A DNA stretch of 11,569 bases from positions 1 through 11,569 of the forward strand of contig CAVZMI010000036.1 in assembly GCA_963776275.1 (NCBI GenBank), read 5' to 3'. Under the pieces are notes generated by a model. That model worked only from the letters and a program-made list of their open reading frames with translations. It was not told the origin of the DNA and did no database searches. This document shows, in pieces, positions 1 through 7,653 of this stretch. The DNA is from Ignavibacteriota bacterium (GTDB taxonomy: Bacteria; Bacteroidota; Ignavibacteria; UBA10030; CAVZMI01). The position numbers and the translations under genes are program-made. The first letter of the stretch is position 1. Each line of letters opens with the position of its first letter.

Positions 1-506
1 TGGGCTTCCTTGATCGCTGCATCAACAATGGTGCCTTTACCGATGATCAAACCGCGGTCGATAAGCTGAGCATTGAACGCTTTAAAGAACCGTTTTTCCA
101 GTCCCAGTCTGGAGAATAACTCTCGGTACCAACAAATTGAGGTCTCATCCGGGATGTAATCACCGCTTGTTAATCCTAGGAAGAGTTGGAAACTCCTTCG
201 GTCAGCGATCTCTTCCTCTAAACGTGGATCGGAAAGGTTATACATGCTCTGCAAGATGAAGCATTTGACAACGACCAGTAACTCGTTCGGTCTTCGGCCT
301 GTAGATGAGAGGCCTGCTTTGTATTGAGAAAGAACGCGTTCAATGGGCTTCAACAGTCGAGACCAATCAACCTGTGTGTTGATTACAGCAAGTGTCTGTT
401 TGCCGTGTGTTTTAATATGTTTCTGGTAGTACTCGGTAGCCGCTGAAGTGAGCAAATCGGCATTATCTATTTTGTTGCTATGCCTCGGATGTTGTTTGCT
501 TTTCAT
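1..506 (-). CDS. IS5-family transposase, N-terminal part (runs off the left window edge)
   Basis: Not in the ORF track; translated by hand from the ATG at 506: MKSKQHPRHS...QVDWSRLLKPIE...TGRRPNELLVVVKCFILQSMYNLSDPRLEEEIADRRSFQLFLGL..GDYIPDETSICWYRELF...GLIIGKGTIVDAAIKEA. The motifs DW, GRxP, LQxxYNLSDxxLEE, F..FLGL, IPDET and IVDA (first DDE Asp) are typical of IS5/InsH transposases. SD-like GAGGAAAGG lies upstream. Confidence 0.92.
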   Translation of the reverse strand, partial: MKSKQHPRHSNKIDNADLLTSAATEYYQKHIKTHGKQTLAVINTQVDWSRLLKPIERVLSQYKAGLSSTGRRPNELLVVVKCFILQSMYNLSDPRLEEEIADRRSFQLFLGLTSGDYIPDETSICWYRELFSRLGLEKRFFKAFNAQLIDRGLIIGKGTIVDAAIKEA

Positions 507-602
507 CAATTACCTTTCCTCGTATGTGTATTACAAATATAACACATCAAGAAGCGTTTACATAGAAATAATTTCTAACCAAGTGAGTTTTTCAGAGTTC
601 TC
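1..602 (-). mobile_element. IS5-family insertion sequence, left end (partial)
   Basis: Transposase plus a candidate terminal IR GAGAACTCTGAAAAACTCAC (minus strand 602->583), resembling GAGACCTTTGCAAAA-type ends of IS5-subgroup elements. The other end is outside the window, so IR pairing and target-site duplication cannot be confirmed. Confidence 0.7.
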
Positions 603-713
603 GATTTATAATTTCCGAATTGATATACTATATGAAAGAAGATCTTGAAACAACGCCGCTGGATATTATTTTCTTTTTTCGTATAGTTGATAAACTGCGT
701 AAGTGAGGCAAAT

Positions 714-941
714 ATGGGACAAAATAAAAACTATAAGAGCGGTTTTTTCACATCTGAAATCTCACGGCGAGATTTCCTGAAAAACAGCATTAAGGGGGCG
801 GCGGTGATAGGAATTCCTCTCATTTTAACGCCGTCGGCACATAATATTCTTCTTGCCAACAGCGGCAACGATCCCGAAAAGAATCCAACACTCATGACGC
901 TGAGCATGATGTTTAAAGAAGTGGTTTTAAGTGAATCATAG
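714..941 (+). CDS. Small (75 aa) protein with a twin-arginine (Tat) signal peptide
   Basis: GAGG SD then ATG at 714. Contains the perfect Tat consensus SRRDFLK followed by hydrophobic GAAVIGIPLIL; only ~27 aa follow the likely cleavage site. A terminator-like hairpin lies ~20 nt after the stop. Confidence 0.65.
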   Translation: MGQNKNYKSGFFTSEISRRDFLKNSIKGAAVIGIPLILTPSAHNILLANSGNDPEKNPTLMTLSMMFKEVVLSES

Positions 942-958
942 AGAACGGAGAGAGATAT

Positions 959-990
959 AAAGTCCAAACGATAATTGTTTGGGCTTTTTT
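959..990 (+). terminator. Rho-independent terminator between the convergent Tat ORF and SIR2 gene
   Basis: AGTCCAAAC-GATAATT-GTTTGGGCT stem (one G-U pair) followed by a T-run; A-rich on the other flank. Confidence 0.7.
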
Positions 991-1016
991 ATTACTTATT
1001 TTTAAACATAATACTC

Positions 1017-2057
1017 TCACTGTCCCATAAATTGTTGATGAGCTTTCTCGAGCGTATTGAATAATAGTTTATGTGTTTCTGATCTATTCAAAAATAAGTT
1101 CCTATTTATTTCTAAATATTCCATAATATTAGCATTCTTAAATCTTTTATACTTAAACTCAATAAATCTATCATACCTATTTTCTAATTCCCCTTCTATG
1201 TTGTCTAATCCAATAATATCTATTGTTTTTAAATGTGATGATTTTAACATGGCTGTTTTTAAAAGGTATTGAATGTACGTGTCGGATACCGGCAAGGAAT
1301 AACCGAGTATTCTAATATGATTTGCTTCTTCCAATAATAGTCTCGCCATTTTCCATGTCGACAGTATCTCATTATCAATTTTCTTATTCCATGTTGGGGG
1401 TATGATATTTAAATCTTCTGCGCTTCCATGCAATTTAGCAATAGGAACATGTGCCGCAAGCGAATGTTGAGTATAATCCTTTTTTATGAATTCAACAGGC
1501 ATTACTTCAGTATATTGTTTTCGCATATAGGATAATGTGTTTTCGAATACTAAATCATAATTTAAGGTAATAATTGAATAATGTACTTGACGTGGAAATT
1601 CTTCTTCATAAGTAATATGAGCATCTTTATCTCTATGTATTATTAAATTTAATATATTACCTATAAAACAGCCGTAGAGATTCATTTCTGTACTTTGACC
1701 AAAAATAAACCGTTCCCAATTATTAGGCAATCTTCCTTGGTATGGCAAATATTCTGGAGTGAAATAAGTAATTACTTCTGAAATATATTTTTTAAAAGAA
1801 TTAATTTTTTTGTTATCCGACATCAATGACTCTATCTCAAGAATTGAAAGTATTTCTTCAATATTATACAAATCAGAATTGAAAAAATTCTTGATATATG
1901 CCATTCTCCTTATTGTATCAAATATCTCCTCGAAATATGTAAATTTTTCTCTATCCATGAAATAGAGATCACGTGATTTCATAAGAAAATTCGACATCAA
2001 TGGCAATCCAAGTGGGGCTGAAAAACCAGCTCCCAAAATATAGACTACATTTTCCAT
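1017..2057 (-). CDS. SIR2-like (SIR2_2-type) domain protein, putative NADase defence effector
   Basis: N-terminal VVYILGAGFS, central IITLNYDL, KLHGS and ILGYSL are the motif set of defence-associated sirtuin domains. GGAGA SD upstream. Markedly AT-rich (~30% GC by eye). Confidence 0.88.
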   Translation of the reverse strand: MENVVYILGAGFSAPLGLPLMSNFLMKSRDLYFMDREKFTYFEEIFDTIRRMAYIKNFFNSDLYNIEEILSILEIESLMSDNKKINSFKKYISEVITYFTPEYLPYQGRLPNNWERFIFGQSTEMNLYGCFIGNILNLIIHRDKDAHITYEEEFPRQVHYSIITLNYDLVFENTLSYMRKQYTEVMPVEFIKKDYTQHSLAAHVPIAKLHGSAEDLNIIPPTWNKKIDNEILSTWKMARLLLEEANHIRILGYSLPVSDTYIQYLLKTAMLKSSHLKTIDIIGLDNIEGELENRYDRFIEFKYKRFKNANIMEYLEINRNLFLNRSETHKLLFNTLEKAHQQFMGQ

Positions 2058-2235
2058 TATCGCTTATCTCCAAAAGTTAATGGCTCACGCTTAATCATCT
2101 TGAATAGAATTTTCTGCGCTAACTCCATGGGGCTTATAATTTATTGACGAGGGATTTAAGAGCTATGCCTTGTTAGTTATATAGCCTATTATAGTAGTTT
2201 TTCGTTTTTAGTAAGTTTCATAATGAACTCATTAT

Positions 2236-2853
2236 TTAATCTTGAATCGGAGAGAGCTCTTCTGCATCCAATCTCCGGACAATCACTTCATCGGATACAA
2301 AAAATCGTTTTGCCAATTTAGGTGAGATTAATTCCTTTATGACCGGCAATTCGAGATCGGGAGCGATGGTTTGCGCTTTTTGTATTAGGGGTCGCAATGA
2401 CTTTAACTCCATTATTAAGAGAGTTCTCGGCACAAGCAACCGACCGGCAAATTCACGCGCCTGATATTCCGCCCGTCCCCATAATACTTCGGGCATACGA
2501 CGTTGAGTTTCTTTCCATTCTTCGTATGAAGATGGACGAAGACTGGCGATGGCTTCTTTATGGAGAACAAAGTGACCGATCTCATGTGCTATTGAAAATC
2601 GTGTACGCACCTCAGGACTTCTCGGATCGTAAATAATTTCACGTAGATTACCCGTGAGAAAAGCCTCCGTATCAACAAGATGGCGAAGATCAGGCAACGG
2701 GATAATTATCAGCTTGAGGTTTCGTTCAGCAATCAATTCGACATCAATAGGTATTGTTACACCCCAGTATTTCTCCCGAAATTCATCCGCTCGTCTGCGT
2801 ATTTCTTCATCCTTTAAGAAAGGAATTCGGAACCGGTTGTTCTCGATAGACAA
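2236..2853 (-). CDS. ImmA/IrrE-family Zn metallopeptidase (peptidase M78 / DUF955)
   Basis: IPIDVELIAE, RTRFSIAHEIGHFVLH (HExxH), downstream EYQAREFAGRLLVP and a C-terminal LAKRFFVS...RRL HTH. TTG start with GCGGAG SD. Confidence 0.92.
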   Translation of the reverse strand: MSIENNRFRIPFLKDEEIRRRADEFREKYWGVTIPIDVELIAERNLKLIIIPLPDLRHLVDTEAFLTGNLREIIYDPRSPEVRTRFSIAHEIGHFVLHKEAIASLRPSSYEEWKETQRRMPEVLWGRAEYQAREFAGRLLVPRTLLIMELKSLRPLIQKAQTIAPDLELPVIKELISPKLAKRFFVSDEVIVRRLDAEELSPIQD

Positions 2854-2855
2854 GG

Positions 2856-3219
2856 TTATCTCCGCTTCAACAGAGCAATTAATTTATCCATTTCTTCTTC
2901 ACTCGGTTTTTCACCGCGTACTGTACGAAAAAAAACGGGTAATGCTGCTATGAACGTCTTCATCCTTATAGACATCGTCGGGTATCCGTTGTTGCGAAAT
3001 CGCTGCAAGGTCAAAGAACGAAGCCCAATCATTCGAGCCCTTTTTCAGTCGTAGCAGCTTTGCGATGTTCTCCAATAACTCTCGTGTTCCAAGCGCCGGA
3101 AGAAGATTCCTTTCGACTTTGCTCCAATTACTCGGGTCAACTCCTGCCTGCCGACAGAACTCGCGCAGACTTAAATCGACCTTGAGCCTTTTTTCATGCA
3201 CAAATTCTCCGAACGTCAT
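2856..3219 (-). pseudogene. XRE-family HTH repressor (ImmR/CapH/DdrO-like) with a 1-bp frameshift near 2952-2954 (genuine or sequencing error)
   Basis: MTFGEFVHEKR...LSLREFCRQAGVDPSNWSKVERN is an XRE HTH. As given, the ORF stops at 2911. Removing one base at GAC GTT C ATA restores ...DEDVIAALPVFFRTVRGEKPSEEEMDKLIALLKRR*, ending at TAA 2856-2858, 2 nt before the peptidase start. Confidence 0.8.
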
Positions 3220-3233
3220 GTCTCCTCCAGAAG

Positions 3234-3253
3234 TGTGGTATTATTATACCACA
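3234..3253. promoter_or_regulatory. Palindromic operator, probable autorepression site of the XRE protein
   Basis: TGTGGTAT-TATT-ATACCACA: perfect 8-bp arms overlapping the -10 box and the predicted +1. Confidence 0.7.
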
Positions 3254-3271
3254 TATGATTGACAATGTCAA
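3243..3271 (-). promoter_or_regulatory. Consensus sigma70 promoter for the XRE-peptidase(-SIR2) operon
   Basis: Minus strand TTGACA (3271-3266), 17-bp spacer, TATAAT (3248-3243) with extended -10 TG; GGAGG SD just before the ATG at 3219. Confidence 0.85.
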
Positions 3272-3471
3272 GAGAATTAATGGACTCATTAACATGCTTA
3301 GAGATCCCACATGTTCGCCATGTTTTTTGGTGGACTAATGGCTCTACGATCCTATAATTCTATTACGAAAAGAGCCGTTGGATGTATCACCAAAATTAAT
3401 AAGGATTTTCACATTACGCCTCCTGCATAATGCGTAATTCGACTTGAGATGTTTTATAGGGCATGAATTAT

Positions 3472-3530
3472 CACAAAAACAAAGGTTTCCGTCACTCAGA
3501 GATATTTCCTCAGGCGACGGAAACCTTTTG
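3472..3530 (-). terminator. Rho-independent terminator downstream of hppA (possibly bidirectional)
   Basis: 13-bp perfect arms AAAGGTTTCCGTC (3481-3493) / GACGGAAACCTTT (3516-3528), followed on the minus strand by GTTTTTG; ~35 nt past the hppA stop. Confidence 0.75.
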
Positions 3531-3564
3531 CTGATCTGTAAGGTTCTAAAAACCTTCCACCAAG

Positions 3565-6102
3565 CTACGCTTCATCTACCATTGATCCGGTTTCACGTTT
3601 GCTTTGCCATACTGCCCATGCAACTGCAGCAATCGCGAAAACCGCAACGATAATGCCGACTACGGTCCCCGGAATTCGGGGACTGACTATATTGTAATTC
3701 AGCACGAGTCCGAGGGCGAGCAAGCTCACCATGTTCATCACTTTAATGAGCGGGTTTATTGCCGGACCGGCGGTATCTTTCAACGGATCACCGACAGTAT
3801 CTCCGGTGACTGCAGCTTTATGTGCCTCCGAGCCTTTTCCACCGTAAAGACCGTCTTCGATCATCTTCTTTGCATTATCCCATGCACCACCTGCATTGGC
3901 CATGAAAACCGCGAGAAGCTGACCTGTAAGAATCATTCCAGCGAGGAAGCCGCCGAGTGCGTACGGTCCGAGAAGGAAGCCGACGAGGAGCGGTGTCATG
4001 ATCGCGAGAAATCCGGGACCGATGAGCTCTTTCTGTGCCGTGTTCGTGCAAATGTTCACCACGCGACCGTAATCGGGCTTCTTTTTCCCGCTCCAGATAT
4101 CCGCATCGCGAAACTGAACGCGGCATTCTTTCACAATTTCAAACGCAGCGCGGCCGACGGCACGAATCAACATACTGCTGAAGAGAAACGGAACCGCGCC
4201 TCCGATTAGAAATCCGATGAAAACGATCGGACTCGCAACAGTGATTTTACCCGCTTCAACAATGTACTGCCCCACCGTCATCAAATTGATCTTATCTTCA
4301 CTTCCGACTGCGATTACGGCGATGAAGCTGGCAAAAAGTGAGACGGCCGCGATTACTGCAGAACCTATGGCAATACCTTTCGTCTCCGCTTTCGTCGTAT
4401 TTCCGACAGCGTCAAGATCGGCAAGTATCTGACGGGCCCGCTTGTAGCTTCCCGGGACTGCCTTTTCCATTTCATCCTTATCATATCCCATTTCGCCGAT
4501 ACCATTTGCGTTGTCAGCCACCGGTCCGAAAACATCCATCGAAATAGTGTTGCCTGTGAGCGTAAGCATGCCGATACCGGTCATTGCCACACCGTATGCG
4601 ATAAACAGCGGCGGCGTTCCGGCATAGACGAGAACCGAGAGGAGAATCGCCGTGGCAATAACGATAATCGCAGCAACCGTGCTTTCGTAGCCGACTGCAA
4701 AACCTTGGATGATGTTAGTTGCATGACCGGTCTGGCATGCTTTTGCCAGACTCTGCACCGGTTTATGGCTGGTGTGCGTATAATAGCTGGTCACTTTATT
4801 GAGAACTATTGCCAGAAATACGCCGATGAGACACGTCAGAGCCGGACGCAGATCCAGACCGGCAATTCCTAGGTTTGCAAAAAACGGAAGTTGGTTCGGA
4901 TCGCCGTTCGGGAAACCGGCAAGAGCCGTCGGATTCGACAGTAAATACGATGCATCAAAATAAAGATATAAGAAACCGAGGCCGAAGAATCCTAGAACAC
5001 TGATCATCGATCCGATCCAGAATCCCCTGTGGACACTTTTGAGTGCGGTATCTGATGTATCGTGTTTACCGGCTTTTACAGTATAGGTGCTGATAATGGA
5101 ACCGAGAACGCCGACACCACGAACCAGCAACGGAAAAATTACTCCTTTGTGTCCGAACGTGGCCATACCGAGAATCATCGCGGCAACTATCGTGACTTCA
5201 TAGCTCTCGAAAATATCAGCGGCCATACCGGCGCAGTCGCCGACGTTATCGCCGACATTATCTGCAATCGTAGCTGCATTGCGTGGATCGTCTTCGGGAA
5301 TATCTTTTTCGATTTTTCCCACGAGGTCGGCTCCGACGTCAGCGGCTTTTGTGTAAATTCCTCCGCCGACACGCATGAAGAGTGCCAGAAGCGTTCCGCC
5401 GAATCCAAACCCGAGGAGCGCTTCATATGCCCGTGCACCGAAGATCAAAAAGATTGTCGTACCACCGAGCAGACCTAGACCGTCTGTTAGCATTCCTGTA
5501 ATCGTCCCTGTGCGATAGCCAAGCTGCATCGCTTCACCATAGCTGCTTCGAGCGGCCGATGCAACACGCAGATTCCCTGCCGTTGCGAGACGCATACCGA
5601 CAAAACCGACAGTCCAGCTGAACAATGCACCGACAAGAAATGCACCGGCGCGTCCCCAGCGAAATGCATCGATCGCACCTGTATAGGTTAAATAGAGTAA
5701 GATCGTTATAATTATGATCAGCGGTCCGATTCGTTTAAATTGAGCGCCGAGATAGGCATTAGCGCCTTCGCGGACTGCCGCAGCAATTTCCTGCATTTTT
5801 TTGGTACCTTGATCGGCCCTGTACACCTGTTTCACCAGCAGCAGGGCGTAAAGCAATCCCGCGATAGCAATACAGATGACCGTCAGCAAGCTCGCTTTTT
5901 CCAGTGCAAGAAAATTCGGATCTGTAAAGAGAGAAAACGGTACAAAGTGAGTTCCTTCACCGGAAGATTGTGATGCTGCCTGTTGAATCTGACCGAAACT
6001 CGGATTCCAGAGATAGAGTGCAGCAAACAACAACATAAAAAAAAGAATATATTTACGGCGTGATGACCGTGTCCGTAACCACGAGAGTCTATGATGGCTC
6101 AT
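3565..6102 (-). CDS. hppA: Membrane-bound ion-translocating pyrophosphatase (K+-independent signature)
   Basis: GGGIYTKAADVGADLVGKIE, PEDDPRNAATIADNVGDNVGD, GPVADNANGI, DAVGNTTKA, GGAWDNAKK and GDTVGDPLKDTAGP motifs; many TM helices. The exact start codon is uncertain (no clear SD). Confidence 0.97.
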   Translation of the reverse strand: MSHHRLSWLRTRSSRRKYILFFMLLFAALYLWNPSFGQIQQAASQSSGEGTHFVPFSLFTDPNFLALEKASLLTVICIAIAGLLYALLLVKQVYRADQGTKKMQEIAAAVREGANAYLGAQFKRIGPLIIIITILLYLTYTGAIDAFRWGRAGAFLVGALFSWTVGFVGMRLATAGNLRVASAARSSYGEAMQLGYRTGTITGMLTDGLGLLGGTTIFLIFGARAYEALLGFGFGGTLLALFMRVGGGIYTKAADVGADLVGKIEKDIPEDDPRNAATIADNVGDNVGDCAGMAADIFESYEVTIVAAMILGMATFGHKGVIFPLLVRGVGVLGSIISTYTVKAGKHDTSDTALKSVHRGFWIGSMISVLGFFGLGFLYLYFDASYLLSNPTALAGFPNGDPNQLPFFANLGIAGLDLRPALTCLIGVFLAIVLNKVTSYYTHTSHKPVQSLAKACQTGHATNIIQGFAVGYESTVAAIIVIATAILLSVLVYAGTPPLFIAYGVAMTGIGMLTLTGNTISMDVFGPVADNANGIGEMGYDKDEMEKAVPGSYKRARQILADLDAVGNTTKAETKGIAIGSAVIAAVSLFASFIAVIAVGSEDKINLMTVGQYIVEAGKITVASPIVFIGFLIGGAVPFLFSSMLIRAVGRAAFEIVKECRVQFRDADIWSGKKKPDYGRVVNICTNTAQKELIGPGFLAIMTPLLVGFLLGPYALGGFLAGMILTGQLLAVFMANAGGAWDNAKKMIEDGLYGGKGSEAHKAAVTGDTVGDPLKDTAGPAINPLIKVMNMVSLLALGLVLNYNIVSPRIPGTVVGIIVAVFAIAAVAWAVWQSKRETGSMVDEA

Positions 6103-6278
6103 GTCATTAATCCAATATGACTGTGAAAGTTAATTATGAATTACGTTAATGTCCTTCCGACCCGGTACAGTATTTTCCATTTATCGACAGACAGAATCCG
6201 CGATATCTTGCACATCCAGACCTAATCATGGATGGAGCGGAAGGAGGCGGAAGAGAATGAAAATATTTCCGTCTGAAT

Positions 6279-6307
6279 AATATAAAAGAAAATTTTAGAA
6301 ATTCCAA
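6279..6307 (-). promoter_or_regulatory. Candidate sigma70 promoter for hppA
   Basis: TTGGAA (6307-6302), 17-bp spacer, TATATT (6284-6279); implies a ~170-nt 5' leader. Confidence 0.45.
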
Positions 6308-6413
6308 GGGGAAAATGATCTTGAAAGATTACCGACTTTAATTATTAAGGTTATATCAATGCTTGAGCCCGCGATAAGCCATTAGTAAAACGAATGAATT
6401 TCGGGAATTCAGG

Positions 6414-7622
6414 TTATTGATTTATCATCTCTGTTTCAACTGTAAACCCGAGCGCAGAAAAAAGGTCGGCATACTGTTGATGCTGTGACGGGATGAAAAT
6501 CGTCGTGGCGTAAAACTCGCGGCGTTTGGGATACTCGGCCCGCAATTTTTTGAAGTGGGTTTTCCTATCATTCTCCGGGAGAGACAACATCAACCGGAGG
6601 TGCGCATCGTCCCGTTCGATGTCATAACATTCTTTGATCACCTTCCGTACAATTTCATCCCTGGAACTGTCGGCTGAATCCAGCATGACCTTCCGAAGTG
6701 TCGTGTCGTGAAGAGCCTCATTACGATTCCAGGCCGGCTGAAGGTCAAAATACCGGCAGACCGCAAGATAAATCATTTCAGCGCCGTTGATTTTGCCGTC
6801 AAAGGAATAACCGGCAATGTGAGGCGTTCCAATTGCTAATTGCTGTAATAACTCACAATCGATCACGGGCTCATTTTCCCAAACGTCAAGAACACAAGCT
6901 GACAGATGTTTATTCTCGAGTGCTTTACGGAGACCCTGTGCCTCCACCACCCTTCCCCGTGAAGTGTTGATGAGAATTGAACCCTTCTTCATGCGCGAGA
7001 TGCGAAACTCGTCAAAGAGACGAACGGTTGCATCGACACCCTCAAATGTCAGCGGAACGTGCAGCGTTATTATGTCGGCTTCCAATAGCCGATCGAGCGG
7101 AACAAATATCTGGGCCGAAGGTTCATAAGCCCCCCGTTTGGATGGATCGTTCATCTCCCGCGCCAGCGGCGGATCGTTGAGAAGAACCTCCGTTCCCATT
7201 GCCCTCGCCAGCTTTACGACTTTTCTCCCGACATTCCCTACTCCCACCACACCAAGAGTTTTCTCGTGGAGCGAGAAACCCAGTCGCTTCCCAAGCACCA
7301 GTAACCCTGCAAGCACATATTCCGCAACCGATTGAGCATTACTCCCCGGAGCGCTTGCAAAACCGATTTCTTTTTCTTTAAGATATTCAAGGTCGATATG
7401 ATCGGTCCCGATTGTTGCAGTCCCGACGAACCTGACACGGCTTCCTTCAAGCAATTTTCTATCAACCAGAGAAACGGAGCGGACAAGAAGGATATCGGCT
7501 TCACGGACGGCAGCAGCATTAATTGAATGACCGTCAAGTACAGTGAGCTCACCGAGCGAAGAGTACATATTTTCGATCATCGGAATATTTTTATCTGCAA
7601 CTATGCGGTAAAATTTTTTCAT
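6414..7622 (-). CDS. pdxB: Erythronate-4-phosphate dehydrogenase
   Basis: IVADKNIP, LLVRS, VGTATIGTDHID, SAPGSNAQSVAEY, GVVGVGNVG, ITLHVPL, INTSRG, LDVWENEP, TPHIAGYS, and the PdxB-type C-terminal YDIERDD...FKKLRAEYPKRRE dimerisation region. Confidence 0.93.
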   Translation of the reverse strand: MKKFYRIVADKNIPMIENMYSSLGELTVLDGHSINAAAVREADILLVRSVSLVDRKLLEGSRVRFVGTATIGTDHIDLEYLKEKEIGFASAPGSNAQSVAEYVLAGLLVLGKRLGFSLHEKTLGVVGVGNVGRKVVKLARAMGTEVLLNDPPLAREMNDPSKRGAYEPSAQIFVPLDRLLEADIITLHVPLTFEGVDATVRLFDEFRISRMKKGSILINTSRGRVVEAQGLRKALENKHLSACVLDVWENEPVIDCELLQQLAIGTPHIAGYSFDGKINGAEMIYLAVCRYFDLQPAWNRNEALHDTTLRKVMLDSADSSRDEIVRKVIKECYDIERDDAHLRLMLSLPENDRKTHFKKLRAEYPKRREFYATTIFIPSQHQQYADLFSALGFTVETEMINQ

Positions 7623-7653
7623 TCTTTTCTTTTATCTTTATCCTTTTATCTTT

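Noticed and set aside
448-648. 66-aa + strand ORF
   Set aside because: Antisense to the transposase start and spans the IS end; no recognisable motif.
731-967. 78-aa minus-strand ORF
   Set aside because: Shadow of the better-supported Tat ORF.
2117-2178. attC-like ends (ACTAAC...GTTAGCG on the minus strand, ~60 bp) upstream of SIR2
   Set aside because: Internal L-box pairing is poor, no attC follows the SIR2 stop, and no integrase is in view; an IntegronFinder hit would be needed to revive it.
3259-3295. Divergent + strand promoter from TTGACA at 3259-3264
   Set aside because: No -10 hexamer at 16-18 bp spacing.
3604-5973. Antisense and alternative-frame ORFs inside hppA (e.g. 201 aa, 138 aa)
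   Set aside because: Typical shadows of a strongly conserved gene; no motifs.
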